Part shown: positions 19,662 through 28,512 of the stretch, one piece after another | Numbering within the stretch: the first letter of the stretch is position 1 | How the letters are laid out: each line of letters begins with the position of its first letter | Source of the DNA: a virus | IMG/VR virus record: IMGVR_UViG_3300031972_002122 | Location: 1-64,000 of that record | DNA: 64,000 nucleotides | Reading direction: 5' to 3' (one strand) | Program-made: the position numbers and the translations under genes | The notes under the pieces: generated by a model | Told to the model about the DNA's origin: nothing | Database searches by the model: none | The model's input: only the letters and a program-made list of their open reading frames with translations

Positions 19662-20356
19662 TGGGATTACTACAAATCATAAATGGAATTGATGATCGCT
19701 TTATCAACGAGGCTCAGGAAACATTCACAGTCGGCTATGAGCGAGACGGGAAGGAATATTCTCGTAATGTGAAGGCTAACAGTGAGTCTGACGCTAGGAA
19801 TAAATTTAAAGATATGATGGACGCCGATAACAATGACGTCAATGATTATAGAATTAAAGGTATTTTCAAAGCTACAGGGATGGACGAAGAGTTGGAGGAG
19901 ATGAACGTTACAGCTAATCTGGACGGTGGTGCTGGACAACCTAAAGTTCCTCACGCATTTCAGAAAAATAATCCAACTAAAAAGGATAAAGAGAAAGAAT
20001 ACAGTAATGCTACTAGTTCGACTGGATATGGTGTGGCACCCAAAACTAATAATTACATCAAGCGTCGAGATGAGATGTTTAATAGGGCTGAACATTTAAT
20101 TAATACCATTGATGAGGGTAAGTACACGGATTATCGTAATGATGATACTATGACACCTAAGAAGAAAATAAACACATCAATTAAAGAAGTGAACAGGCGA
20201 CTATATGAAATTGAGACTATGATTAACCATGCGATGCGTCTAAAGACTGAGACTGGTATGGAAGATGTGTTTTGGAAATCTACTAAGTCTAGATTCGCTA
20301 AAATATCAGAACGGATGCTTAGAATTGGAACAAAATTAAGAGAGTTTAATAAATGA
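19661..20356 (+). CDS. Head-cluster hypothetical protein
   Basis: ORF track; segments bounded by INE, LEE, IDE; helical C-terminal region. Confidence 0.65.
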   Translation: MGLLQIINGIDDRFINEAQETFTVGYERDGKEYSRNVKANSESDARNKFKDMMDADNNDVNDYRIKGIFKATGMDEELEEMNVTANLDGGAGQPKVPHAFQKNNPTKKDKEKEYSNATSSTGYGVAPKTNNYIKRRDEMFNRAEHLINTIDEGKYTDYRNDDTMTPKKKINTSIKEVNRRLYEIETMINHAMRLKTETGMEDVFWKSTKSRFAKISERMLRIGTKLREFNK

Positions 20357-20916
20357 GAAACTACCCTAAAGGAATGCAACCATTTGTAAGTATTGCGTTG
20401 AGGTCGGATAATGCACTAGATGCCTACCATGCTGCTAAGGGAATTAAAGGCGTATCAAAACAAGACGCAAAATGGTTTGGTGACACGTTTGGTCGGGGTG
20501 AATCTGGTGAGCGTGTGGATATGAAAAGGGCTTTCGAATTATTCTATGACGAAGTCCAGAAGGGTCAGTATGTTATGGAGGGTGAGCTCGAGCGAATTAA
20601 GGAGATAATCAAGGAAGAGTTGTTGAAGGAGCAGGTTGAGGATTATATCAAGGCGTATCGATCTTTCGATTCTACGTACATGATGAGTGACGATCCTAGG
20701 GCATATAGTAGTGGGAGAGCTCAGGAACAAAAAATAAAAGATATCTATAACAACTTGAGTGATGTTGAGAAACGTCAGGCGGCGATATGGTATCGGGATT
20801 ATTTTGTGGAGAATGATATGTGGAGTGGGAGTGATATGAACAGATCAGTAACTAGGTGGAGACCTGAACAGGATTTCGATCCAGATTCATTTGACGGGAT
20901 TCACTATAGAGGATAA
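20353..20916 (+). CDS. Two-domain hypothetical protein with IKEIIKEELLKE linker
   Basis: ORF track; C-terminal FD.TYMMSDD.R.Y..G domain. Confidence 0.65.
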   Translation: MRNYPKGMQPFVSIALRSDNALDAYHAAKGIKGVSKQDAKWFGDTFGRGESGERVDMKRAFELFYDEVQKGQYVMEGELERIKEIIKEELLKEQVEDYIKAYRSFDSTYMMSDDPRAYSSGRAQEQKIKDIYNNLSDVEKRQAAIWYRDYFVENDMWSGSDMNRSVTRWRPEQDFDPDSFDGIHYRG

Positions 20917-20922
20917 AATAAT

Positions 20923-21570
20923 ATGGCAAAACAATTATTAATTGAATATTTACCATTTACAATTAAGCCAAGCTTAATCAATGAGTCTACTGACCGTAAT
21001 GGTGGGCGTCTTATTGTTTCTGGGGTATTACAACGAGCTAATGCTAAGAATCAAAATGGTAGAGTATATCCACGTGGGATTCTTGAGAGGGAGATCACGC
21101 GATATATTGATACGGAAATTGCTCAAAAGAGAGCACTTGGAGAGTTAGACCATCCAGAAAGTTCGGTTGTGAACTTGCGAAATGTAAGCCACAATATATT
21201 GGAATGTGAGTGGGATGGTGATGACCTTATTGGTAAAGTAGAAATACTTGGTACGCCGTCTGGTAATATTTTGAAAGAATTATTTAAGGCTGGGGTTACG
21301 CTAGGTATCTCATCTAGAGGTCTAGGGTCTGTGAAAGAATTACATGAAAGTGATGGTACTGTCGAAGTCCAACCAGATTTCGAACTGATCACTTTTGATT
21401 TTGTATCAAATCCGTCTACCCACGGTGCGTTCCTATCACCAGTTGGTGAGAAGTCACTCGGGGAGGGAATGGTGAATGAGAGTATGATGAGAGAATTAAA
21501 CGAGTATGCCAAAGCAGAAACTTTGGTACGTGACATCATCTGCGAGCTATCAGGCGTGTGTTGTTACTAA
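20923..21570 (+). CDS. Prohead core protease (T4 gp21-like)
   Basis: NQNGRVYP, ALGELDHP (His), GISSRGLGS (Ser), DFVSNPS. Confidence 0.97.
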   Translation: MAKQLLIEYLPFTIKPSLINESTDRNGGRLIVSGVLQRANAKNQNGRVYPRGILEREITRYIDTEIAQKRALGELDHPESSVVNLRNVSHNILECEWDGDDLIGKVEILGTPSGNILKELFKAGVTLGISSRGLGSVKELHESDGTVEVQPDFELITFDFVSNPSTHGAFLSPVGEKSLGEGMVNESMMRELNEYAKAETLVRDIICELSGVCCY

Positions 21571-21586
21571 TCAATGAATTATACAT

Positions 21587-22378
21587 ATGAAATATTTAAT
21601 ATATAAAATAACAAACACAATTAACAGTAAAATATACATTGGGTGTCACATGACTGATAATGTAAATGATGGGTATATGGGGTCTGGAACTATACTTAAA
21701 AGAGCTTTTAATAAATATGGTAAAACAAGATTTAAAAAAGAAATACTTTTCGAATGTAATTCATATGAAGACATGATTTATAAAGAATCAAATCTCGTTG
21801 ATAAAGATTTTATAGAAAGGTCTGACACGTATAATTTAGTTACTGGTGGTATTGCGAGTAAAAAATATTCGAAAGATGTTATTGAACGAATGTCTGGAAA
21901 GGTTCCAGTCCTCGATAATCTTGGTTGTAAGTTTAAGGTATCGGTAGATGACCCTAAATATTTAAGTGGTGAATTGATACATACTAGTGTTGGGCAAACG
22001 CGAACTAAAGCAACTAAGAATAAAATTAGAAATAAAGCGATTGGGAGAAAAGTTAGTGAGGCGACGAAAAATAAAATAAGTGAATCTACTAGGGGTGAGA
22101 AAAACCATTTTTATGGTAAACGGCATAGTGCTGAAACTAAGAAACTTATTAGTAAGAATACTGTGGGTAGAACTCATGATTTTACTGATGACCATCGTAA
22201 AAATTTGAGTTTGGCTATGGTTGGAAATAAAAATGGCATAGATTCTACTCGGGGAACTATTTGGATAACACATCCCATATTAAAGAAGTTAAAAAGAATA
22301 CAACCAGTTGATTTATCTATATTTATTAATGATGGTTGGATACAAGGAAGAAAATTATGTCTGGTAAGAAAAAATTAA
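21587..22378 (+). CDS. Free-standing GIY-YIG homing endonuclease with NUMOD3 repeats
   Basis: LIYKITN.IN.KIYIG.H...Y.GSG..L..A..KYG...F.KEIL; NHFYGKRHSAETK repeats. Confidence 0.92.
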   Translation: MKYLIYKITNTINSKIYIGCHMTDNVNDGYMGSGTILKRAFNKYGKTRFKKEILFECNSYEDMIYKESNLVDKDFIERSDTYNLVTGGIASKKYSKDVIERMSGKVPVLDNLGCKFKVSVDDPKYLSGELIHTSVGQTRTKATKNKIRNKAIGRKVSEATKNKISESTRGEKNHFYGKRHSAETKKLISKNTVGRTHDFTDDHRKNLSLAMVGNKNGIDSTRGTIWITHPILKKLKRIQPVDLSIFINDGWIQGRKLCLVRKN

Positions 22379-22752
22379 GCCTATTATCACTGTACGAACG
22401 TGCTGGTAAGGATATGTTCGATAAGGAATTCGAATACACGAAAGAAGAGCGTGGTGCGTTCATGGAAGCCGTTAAAAACTACGAGGCGTATGGTGAAGTA
22501 ATTCGTGGGTCGGAAATGTTAGGGGAAACAATTAAAGAAATATCCGAGCTAGTTGAGTTGGCTGGTGGATTTACGTTGAAGGAAACCGATGGTTGGTTCG
22601 ATAATGTAACTGCGACTAGACACGTCAAGCAGATGAAGGAAGCCGTAAAGGTTCTCCAGAAGGAAGCTCAGGAAATCATGAGCCGTCAACAGCGATTGGA
22701 AGCGGCGTATGAAGATGTTGGATCATTATTAGGGAGATATTACGATGTCTAA
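22357..22752 (+). CDS. Head-cluster helical hypothetical protein
   Basis: ATG at 22357 with AAGGAAG upstream; DGWFD.VT..R..K, YED.G..L.RYY end. Confidence 0.7.
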   Translation: MSGKKKLSLLSLYERAGKDMFDKEFEYTKEERGAFMEAVKNYEAYGEVIRGSEMLGETIKEISELVELAGGFTLKETDGWFDNVTATRHVKQMKEAVKVLQKEAQEIMSRQQRLEAAYEDVGSLLGRYYDV

Positions 22753-24208
22753 ACGTGTGGGTGATGAAATTAAGACTATCAAGGGTAAGAGTTTGGGGGT
22801 TATTGTTAAGCAGGGTAAATCCAAAAAGCGAAAAATAGTTAGAGTTTTAAAACTAGGAAATCAATACAGAGTACAGTACGGAAATTCTGTTTATGATATA
22901 GATAAATCTGAGATTGACTCTGAATTCAATACATTGATGGGAGAAAATAAAATGTCTAAGAAAAAATTAAGTTTAATGGAGGCTTATTACTCATTACGTG
23001 GTAAGACTCTTAACGAATCTGGTGGTACACTTAACCGTGGTGATTTTGCTTATCGTATAGTTGATAGTAAAAACGGCAAGTATATGTCATTGTTCCATGG
23101 AACTAAAGGATCGCGTACAATTCCAGTTGGTAAGTGGGTTGATGCTGATGTGATGCAGGTTAAGAACCCGGGCACGTCTAAGAATTTTTTTAAATCTGGA
23201 TGGCATGTAACTCCAAGTTTTGAAGAGGCGGCTGGATATTTAACTAACTTCAGGTCTAAAGCTAGTGAAAAGTATGTACTAGCCAAGGTTCAGGTGGATG
23301 GCGAAATCCGTAGAAAGCCACGGTCTAGAGCCAATGTGTGGCTTGCTGAAAAAATGAAAATAGTTGAAATACTAGGTAGACCTACTGTTGAAGGTATCGA
23401 TGAGGTTAATGCCGCAGATGCTTACGAGTTGATGGACATTAGTCCAATCGATGGTGGTGATGAGTTTGGGCGTGAAGATGAAACTCGACGAGGTACTGTT
23501 GAACAGAGTGTCAATGAATCGGATAGAGCTGAAGACTTTGCACAGAAATATAACCCAGAATACAAATATATCGTTTTTATCGATGGGACTCCTAAATCTG
23601 GTTGGGAATACTTTAGAGATGCTATAACTGATGGAATCCTAGATAGTGCATGGGGATATAACGAGAGTGAACTGGAAGATGAGAATCCCGAAGCTTTAAA
23701 TATACTCAATCGAATATTTGACGAATTCGGTGATGATATCGGGTTGGAGGATTTTTCTGAAATTAACGATATGATATCTAGTTTTAACCGAGCCATGTCT
23801 CCTGACGAGAGTGATGATAATGTTCGGATAGAACCAGTACCCTCTAACTTTGGTGGGGATCGAGACGGTCAATACGAAAGTGTAAACAGTCTAGATGGAT
23901 ACAAAAAATTGTTTACTGAAAATCTAAATAGATTAAATTCTGTGGGTCATAATAAATACAACATGGTTCGTGAGGATTATAAAGGTTGGCGGAATCGTGA
24001 GACGTGGAATGTAGCGTTGTGGCTTACGAAAGATAGCGGACTACGTTCGGCGGCTAAAGAATTCAACGAATCTTATAGGGGAAATCAACCATATCGAGAT
24101 TTCATTCAGTACATTGGGTTGGCTGGTGAGCGGACTCGGGATGCCGTTGATTGGATCAATCCACAATTGGATTATAGTTCATTGAATAAAATGATGGAGA
24201 AAATATAA
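22745..24208 (+). CDS. Multidomain (polyvalent-like) protein with (L/I/V)xE linkers; possible internal start at 22952
   Basis: Distinct segments: ART-like AYR...SLF...GKW...SGWH; acidic linker; C-terminal YKGWRNRETWNVALW domain. Confidence 0.65.
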   Translation: MSKRVGDEIKTIKGKSLGVIVKQGKSKKRKIVRVLKLGNQYRVQYGNSVYDIDKSEIDSEFNTLMGENKMSKKKLSLMEAYYSLRGKTLNESGGTLNRGDFAYRIVDSKNGKYMSLFHGTKGSRTIPVGKWVDADVMQVKNPGTSKNFFKSGWHVTPSFEEAAGYLTNFRSKASEKYVLAKVQVDGEIRRKPRSRANVWLAEKMKIVEILGRPTVEGIDEVNAADAYELMDISPIDGGDEFGREDETRRGTVEQSVNESDRAEDFAQKYNPEYKYIVFIDGTPKSGWEYFRDAITDGILDSAWGYNESELEDENPEALNILNRIFDEFGDDIGLEDFSEINDMISSFNRAMSPDESDDNVRIEPVPSNFGGDRDGQYESVNSLDGYKKLFTENLNRLNSVGHNKYNMVREDYKGWRNRETWNVALWLTKDSGLRSAAKEFNESYRGNQPYRDFIQYIGLAGERTRDAVDWINPQLDYSSLNKMMEKI

Positions 24209-24639
24209 TGGAAGATTTTAAAAAAGATTCATTAATAGAAAATTATAATAGAATCGTTAGGGCTAAAAATAATCGTCTTAATGAGGCTGGGATGTTTTTT
24301 GGTCAGGGATTTATTAAAGAGAATAAAGTGTCTGGTGATGGGTTCGAAGCAATCGACCGTGGGGTTATATCTGGGTATGAAGAAGACAGTAAACTTGAAG
24401 GTGACGGCTTCCATGAGTGGGATGTTACTCTAAGTCGTCCATTGAATCTAGGTAACAATTACACTGATGACCATTTCGCGGAGGCATTGAAAGATGCTTA
24501 TGGTGATTCTGAGCTTTTAGATAATTTTCTAGAAACTGAAGTATCTCTGTCAGATACGATAAATTTTATTTACCGAGGAAATTACGGGAAACACAAAGAC
24601 ACGTGGGGTATGTCAGACCTGTCAGATTTCTTGAGATAA
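24208..24639 (+). CDS. Acidic hypothetical protein with N-terminal ...RLNE tag
   Basis: ORF track; LIENYNRIV...RLNE. Confidence 0.6.
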   Translation: MEDFKKDSLIENYNRIVRAKNNRLNEAGMFFGQGFIKENKVSGDGFEAIDRGVISGYEEDSKLEGDGFHEWDVTLSRPLNLGNNYTDDHFAEALKDAYGDSELLDNFLETEVSLSDTINFIYRGNYGKHKDTWGMSDLSDFLR

Positions 24640-24685
24640 TAATACATATATGAGTTTAAAAAATAATAGTTATAAAAAAAGAAAA

Positions 24686-24919
24686 ATGAGTAAGAAAAAG
24701 CGTGAGTTTTTATCAATCTCACCCGGGAATCCAACGGGTGTCGATGTAGTCGATGGTGATATAAATTATGCACTTAGGGTGTGGAAGCGAAATGTTAAGG
24801 ATAGCGGCATCATGTACGAGTTGTATAAACGTCGCGATTACACAAAACCAACGACCGCACGTAGAAAGGTGAAGTTGGATGCGATATATAAACAGCGAAT
24901 TGGGAGTAAAACTAAATGA
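24686..24919 (+). CDS. rpsU: Phage-encoded ribosomal protein bS21
   Basis: V.V.DGDINYALRVWKR.VKDSGI..EL..RRDYTKP...RR pattern of bS21; in-frame ATG at 24686 (ORF track starts 24650). Confidence 0.9.
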   Translation: MSKKKREFLSISPGNPTGVDVVDGDINYALRVWKRNVKDSGIMYELYKRRDYTKPTTARRKVKLDAIYKQRIGSKTK

Positions 24920-25221
24920 TAAATAATTCATCGAAAAAGTCTAAAAAGTTCTCGATGGCGAATGTCGCCAAATCTGTTATACATGATCTACCATTGAATG
25001 AGTATGGTGAGGGTCGTGAAGTTGACATGACATCGGACATTGGTAATACTTGGTTCAATCCAGAAGATATTACCAAAGATGTACTAGCATATTTGATGCA
25101 GGAGTATGAGAATTCTACTGAAGATAACTCTAAGATGAACGCTGATTTTATCGATATCGAAGATGCAATTAATGCTATGGAACGTGGTATTAAAGAATTT
25201 AGGAAGATTACTGGAGTATAA
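24916..25221 (+). CDS. Hypothetical acidic protein
   Basis: ORF track; N-terminal segment ending PLNE. Confidence 0.6.
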   Translation: MINNSSKKSKKFSMANVAKSVIHDLPLNEYGEGREVDMTSDIGNTWFNPEDITKDVLAYLMQEYENSTEDNSKMNADFIDIEDAINAMERGIKEFRKITGV

Positions 25222-25620
25222 ATGAAAATTGCTGAAGAGTATAGAAGATTGTTGCGTGAAAAGAAGATCAAGTACGACATGCAAAATGTCAATGGTGGAT
25301 TTTCAGGCGGTGTCGATATCGAGCCCGGACAACATGCTGGTGTGATGAACATATCAGTAAATATTTATGGCGGTAGTCAATCTACAGCACATGCGTATGA
25401 AGTGCCCCCAAGAATAAAAGAACTACAAGAAGCATTTATAGCGGCACGTCAGAAGGGCGATCCCGTAGCTGGTGAGCTCCATTCAGAACTCAAGGAATAC
25501 TATAGTAATCTAAAGCGTGCTATATCATTACACGTTGTAAAAGCTATGCAAATATTTGATCAACAAGCTAGTTCATCAATACAAGCAGCTATACAATCTA
25601 TCAACGCGAAATATCAGTAA
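25222..25620 (+). CDS. Hypothetical protein
   Basis: ORF track; GGAG upstream; MKIAEEYRRLLRE N-terminus. Confidence 0.65.
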   Translation: MKIAEEYRRLLREKKIKYDMQNVNGGFSGGVDIEPGQHAGVMNISVNIYGGSQSTAHAYEVPPRIKELQEAFIAARQKGDPVAGELHSELKEYYSNLKRAISLHVVKAMQIFDQQASSSIQAAIQSINAKYQ

Positions 25621-25665
25621 AATAACGTTTTACTAAAATTTCGCATATATATTATCGAACGTTAT

Positions 25666-25731
25666 TACTGGATTCCAATATCCAGTACACGATATAAAAA
25701 AACCTATCCATTAAGATTCTCAATAATCTTA
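25666..25731 (+). promoter_or_regulatory. Twin stem-loops in the 5' leader of the scaffold/capsid operon
   Basis: TACTGGAT-TCCAAT-ATCCAGTA (25666-25687) and TAAGATT-CTCAAT-AATCTTA (25712-25731), perfect stems with related loops. Confidence 0.6.
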
Positions 25732-25759
25732 CTAATTACAAATATGGAGTATTTGTACA

Positions 25760-26731
25760 ATGAGCAAAAGTTCAAATCTATTGCAAGAAGCGATCGCGGA
25801 CGCTAATAAGGTAAAGGAGATTGCCTACGAAAACGCGAAAGCTGCAATTGAAGAGGCATTTCAACCTAAGATTCAACGAATGATTTCTACGAAATTAGCC
25901 GAGGAAGACTATGAAGAAGAGATGCCACCAGAAATGGAACCAGAATTAGCACCTGAAGAGGAAGCTATGATGGGCGAAGAATACATTGATGATGGCAAAA
26001 ACGGAACGCCAGACAATCCACTTAAAAACGACGGTGACGCACAAACTGGTCTCGATGAGGAAGAAATCGACGAAGAGTTTGACAAAATTATCCGTGAATT
26101 AGAAGGTGGAATTGACAGTATTCAAGAAAAAGATGATGCTTACGATGAGAAAGCTGGTAACAGTAAGAAAAACATCGGAGAAATGGACATGCCAGTTGAC
26201 GGCGCAGAATCTGAAGAAGAGGGCGACGATCTGGATAATCTAAATCTAGAAGCATTGATCAAAAAACTTGAAGAGGAAGAGTTTGGTATGGAGCCAGAAC
26301 CAGCAGAAGCTGAAGATCAACCATTTGACACTATGCAAGCAGAAAATGCGCGATTGAAAGAAGAGAATCAGCAAGCTTTTAAAGCTTTAGCCGAGATGAA
26401 ATCGACTATGAATGAAGTGAACTTACTTAATTCTAAATTAATGTACAGTTCAAAAATTATTCAGTCGTTCGATCTTACTGAAGTGCAGCAAGTTAAAATT
26501 CTTGAAACTTTCGATAGAGCTAATTCTGTACGTGAAGTTAAATTGATTTACACGACTATTGGTGAGCATTACAGAGGTAAGAGTAGAAAGTCTACTAAAA
26601 AGGCTGTAACTGAGTCTGCATCACGTACAATTCGAACAGTTAAAGGCAACAGACGAGCTAAATCTGAGCAACTTATGGAAGGTGCTGAGAGATGGCAGAT
26701 TATTGCTGGATTAAAACCACTTAACGATTAA
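25760..26731 (+). CDS. Prohead scaffolding protein (T4 gp22-like)
   Basis: Very acidic coiled coil immediately upstream of the major capsid gene; LLQEAIADA, EVNLLNSKL. Confidence 0.8.
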   Translation: MSKSSNLLQEAIADANKVKEIAYENAKAAIEEAFQPKIQRMISTKLAEEDYEEEMPPEMEPELAPEEEAMMGEEYIDDGKNGTPDNPLKNDGDAQTGLDEEEIDEEFDKIIRELEGGIDSIQEKDDAYDEKAGNSKKNIGEMDMPVDGAESEEEGDDLDNLNLEALIKKLEEEEFGMEPEPAEAEDQPFDTMQAENARLKEENQQAFKALAEMKSTMNEVNLLNSKLMYSSKIIQSFDLTEVQQVKILETFDRANSVREVKLIYTTIGEHYRGKSRKSTKKAVTESASRTIRTVKGNRRAKSEQLMEGAERWQIIAGLKPLND

Positions 26732-26750
26732 CAAAAGGGAGAAAATTAAA

Positions 26751-28397
26751 ATGGATTTACAAAATCTATTGCCCAAAAATGAAAATAAGATACAGCGTAA
26801 GCGTGCTCTTGAGCTAACTGGAAAGTGGCAAAGAACAGGTTTGCTTGAAGGTCTTAATGGATATGAAAAGGGCAACATGGCACAGCTTCTTGAAACGCAG
26901 GCTAAGCAGCTTGTAACAGAGGCTAATGCAACTGGTACGTCAAGTAACAGTGAAGAATGGGCTGGAATTGCATTACCGTTGGTAAGACGTATATTTCATG
27001 AAATTTCTGCAAAGGAATTTGTTTCTGTTCAACCGATGAATTTACCATCAGGACTTGTGTTCTGGTTAGATTTCAAATACGGTACAGGACAACCCGGATT
27101 TAACACAGGTGCTGGAAAGGATAGTCAGAATGACTCACTTTTCGGTGTAACAGATGCTACTAAGGGTACATCAACGCACCCATATGCATCAAACGGTACG
27201 CCAAACGAAGGTCTATATGGACCGGGACGATTCGGATACACAGTAAATGATTATTCGTCATCTGCACTTACATTAGCAGCAGCGGCTTCAGCCACTGAGT
27301 ATGCTACTGGATCAGTTTCTGGTGCTAACTACAATTACAATTCTGAGTTTTCTCAGTCACTTGTAGTTGGTGGGTCATCATTAGCTACTGTAACTATTGA
27401 TTTAGACGCAGTAACTACTATCGTTAACCCTGATAAGAAAGGTGTGAGAGCATTTACAATTTCAGGTACAGGTGTAAACGATGTATACCGTGAGTTCACG
27501 AAGATTAGTTCAGATCAATCGCAGATTACTTTTGTAGTATCTGGATCAGGATTTGCAAACGATCTTGTATTGAATTATCACAAACAGCCAACAGACACTA
27601 CTCGTGGTGATTTCGAGGTTGGAAAAACGCAAGAAACGCCAATTGATATTCCAGAAGTGAACCTTGAGTTCCGTTCTGAGCCGATAGTTGCTAAGACTAG
27701 AAAGCTTAAGGCACGTTGGACTCCTGAATTTGCGCAGGATATTAACGCGTATCAAAACATTGATGCTGAGGCTGAATTAACAAGTATTCTTGGGGAATAT
27801 ATCTCACAGGAGATTGACTTTGAAATTCTTGACATGCTTCTTCAGGACGCTCAAACAACTGAATACTGGTCAAGCCGTATCGGATGGGAGTGGAATGGTT
27901 CAAATGGATTTGACACGCAAGCTACAAACGCAACAGCATACAACCAAGGAACATGGTTCCAGACTTTAGGTACTAAGATGCAGAAAGTTTCTAACCAAAT
28001 CCATAAGTTGACTATGCGAGGTGGAGCGAACTTTGCAGTTGTATCACCAGATGTCGCGACAATCCTAGAGAGTATCCCGGGATATGCTGCAGATACTGAC
28101 GGTGACAAGTTTAAGTACGCATTTGGAGTTCAGAAGGTAGGAACACTTAACAGTCGTTTCCAAATCTACAAGAACCCTTATATGATTGAGAATGTAATCC
28201 TTATGGGATTCCGAGGTAGTAACTATCTTGAAACTGGTGCGGTTTACGCTCCATACATTCCATTAATCATGACACCACTTGTCTTAGACCCAGACACATT
28301 CGAACCACGTAAAGGGGTAATGACTCGTTACGCGAAGAAAATGCTTCGTCCTGAGTTCTATGGTAAGATTTACGTAGACGGATTACACAGACTATAA
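26751..28397 (+). CDS. Major capsid protein (T4 gp23-like)
   Basis: KW...GLLEGL, PLVRR, VQPMNLPSGLVF, AKTRKLKARWTPEFAQD, YAPYIPL, F.PRKGVMTRY. Confidence 0.98.
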   Translation: MDLQNLLPKNENKIQRKRALELTGKWQRTGLLEGLNGYEKGNMAQLLETQAKQLVTEANATGTSSNSEEWAGIALPLVRRIFHEISAKEFVSVQPMNLPSGLVFWLDFKYGTGQPGFNTGAGKDSQNDSLFGVTDATKGTSTHPYASNGTPNEGLYGPGRFGYTVNDYSSSALTLAAAASATEYATGSVSGANYNYNSEFSQSLVVGGSSLATVTIDLDAVTTIVNPDKKGVRAFTISGTGVNDVYREFTKISSDQSQITFVVSGSGFANDLVLNYHKQPTDTTRGDFEVGKTQETPIDIPEVNLEFRSEPIVAKTRKLKARWTPEFAQDINAYQNIDAEAELTSILGEYISQEIDFEILDMLLQDAQTTEYWSSRIGWEWNGSNGFDTQATNATAYNQGTWFQTLGTKMQKVSNQIHKLTMRGGANFAVVSPDVATILESIPGYAADTDGDKFKYAFGVQKVGTLNSRFQIYKNPYMIENVILMGFRGSNYLETGAVYAPYIPLIMTPLVLDPDTFEPRKGVMTRYAKKMLRPEFYGKIYVDGLHRL

Positions 28398-28421
28398 GAA
28401 TAGTTTGGTGTGAATATAAAG

Positions 28422-28450
28422 AAGAGGATCAATTTGATCCTCTTTTTTTT
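28422..28450 (+). terminator. Intrinsic terminator after the major capsid gene
   Basis: AAGAGGATCA-ATT-TGATCCTCTT followed by a T run. Confidence 0.9.
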
Positions 28451-28457
28451 GTTTACA

Positions 28458-28489
28458 TTTGTTTTATATGAAAAACTTTTTTATCTTAG
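28458..28489 (+). promoter_or_regulatory. Bacteroidota-type promoter (TTTG-20 nt-TATCTTAG)
   Basis: -33 TTTG and a near-consensus -7 box at canonical spacing, directly after the terminator. Confidence 0.5.
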
Positions 28490-28512
28490 TGTTGTAAACA
28501 AAAAAGAACATT

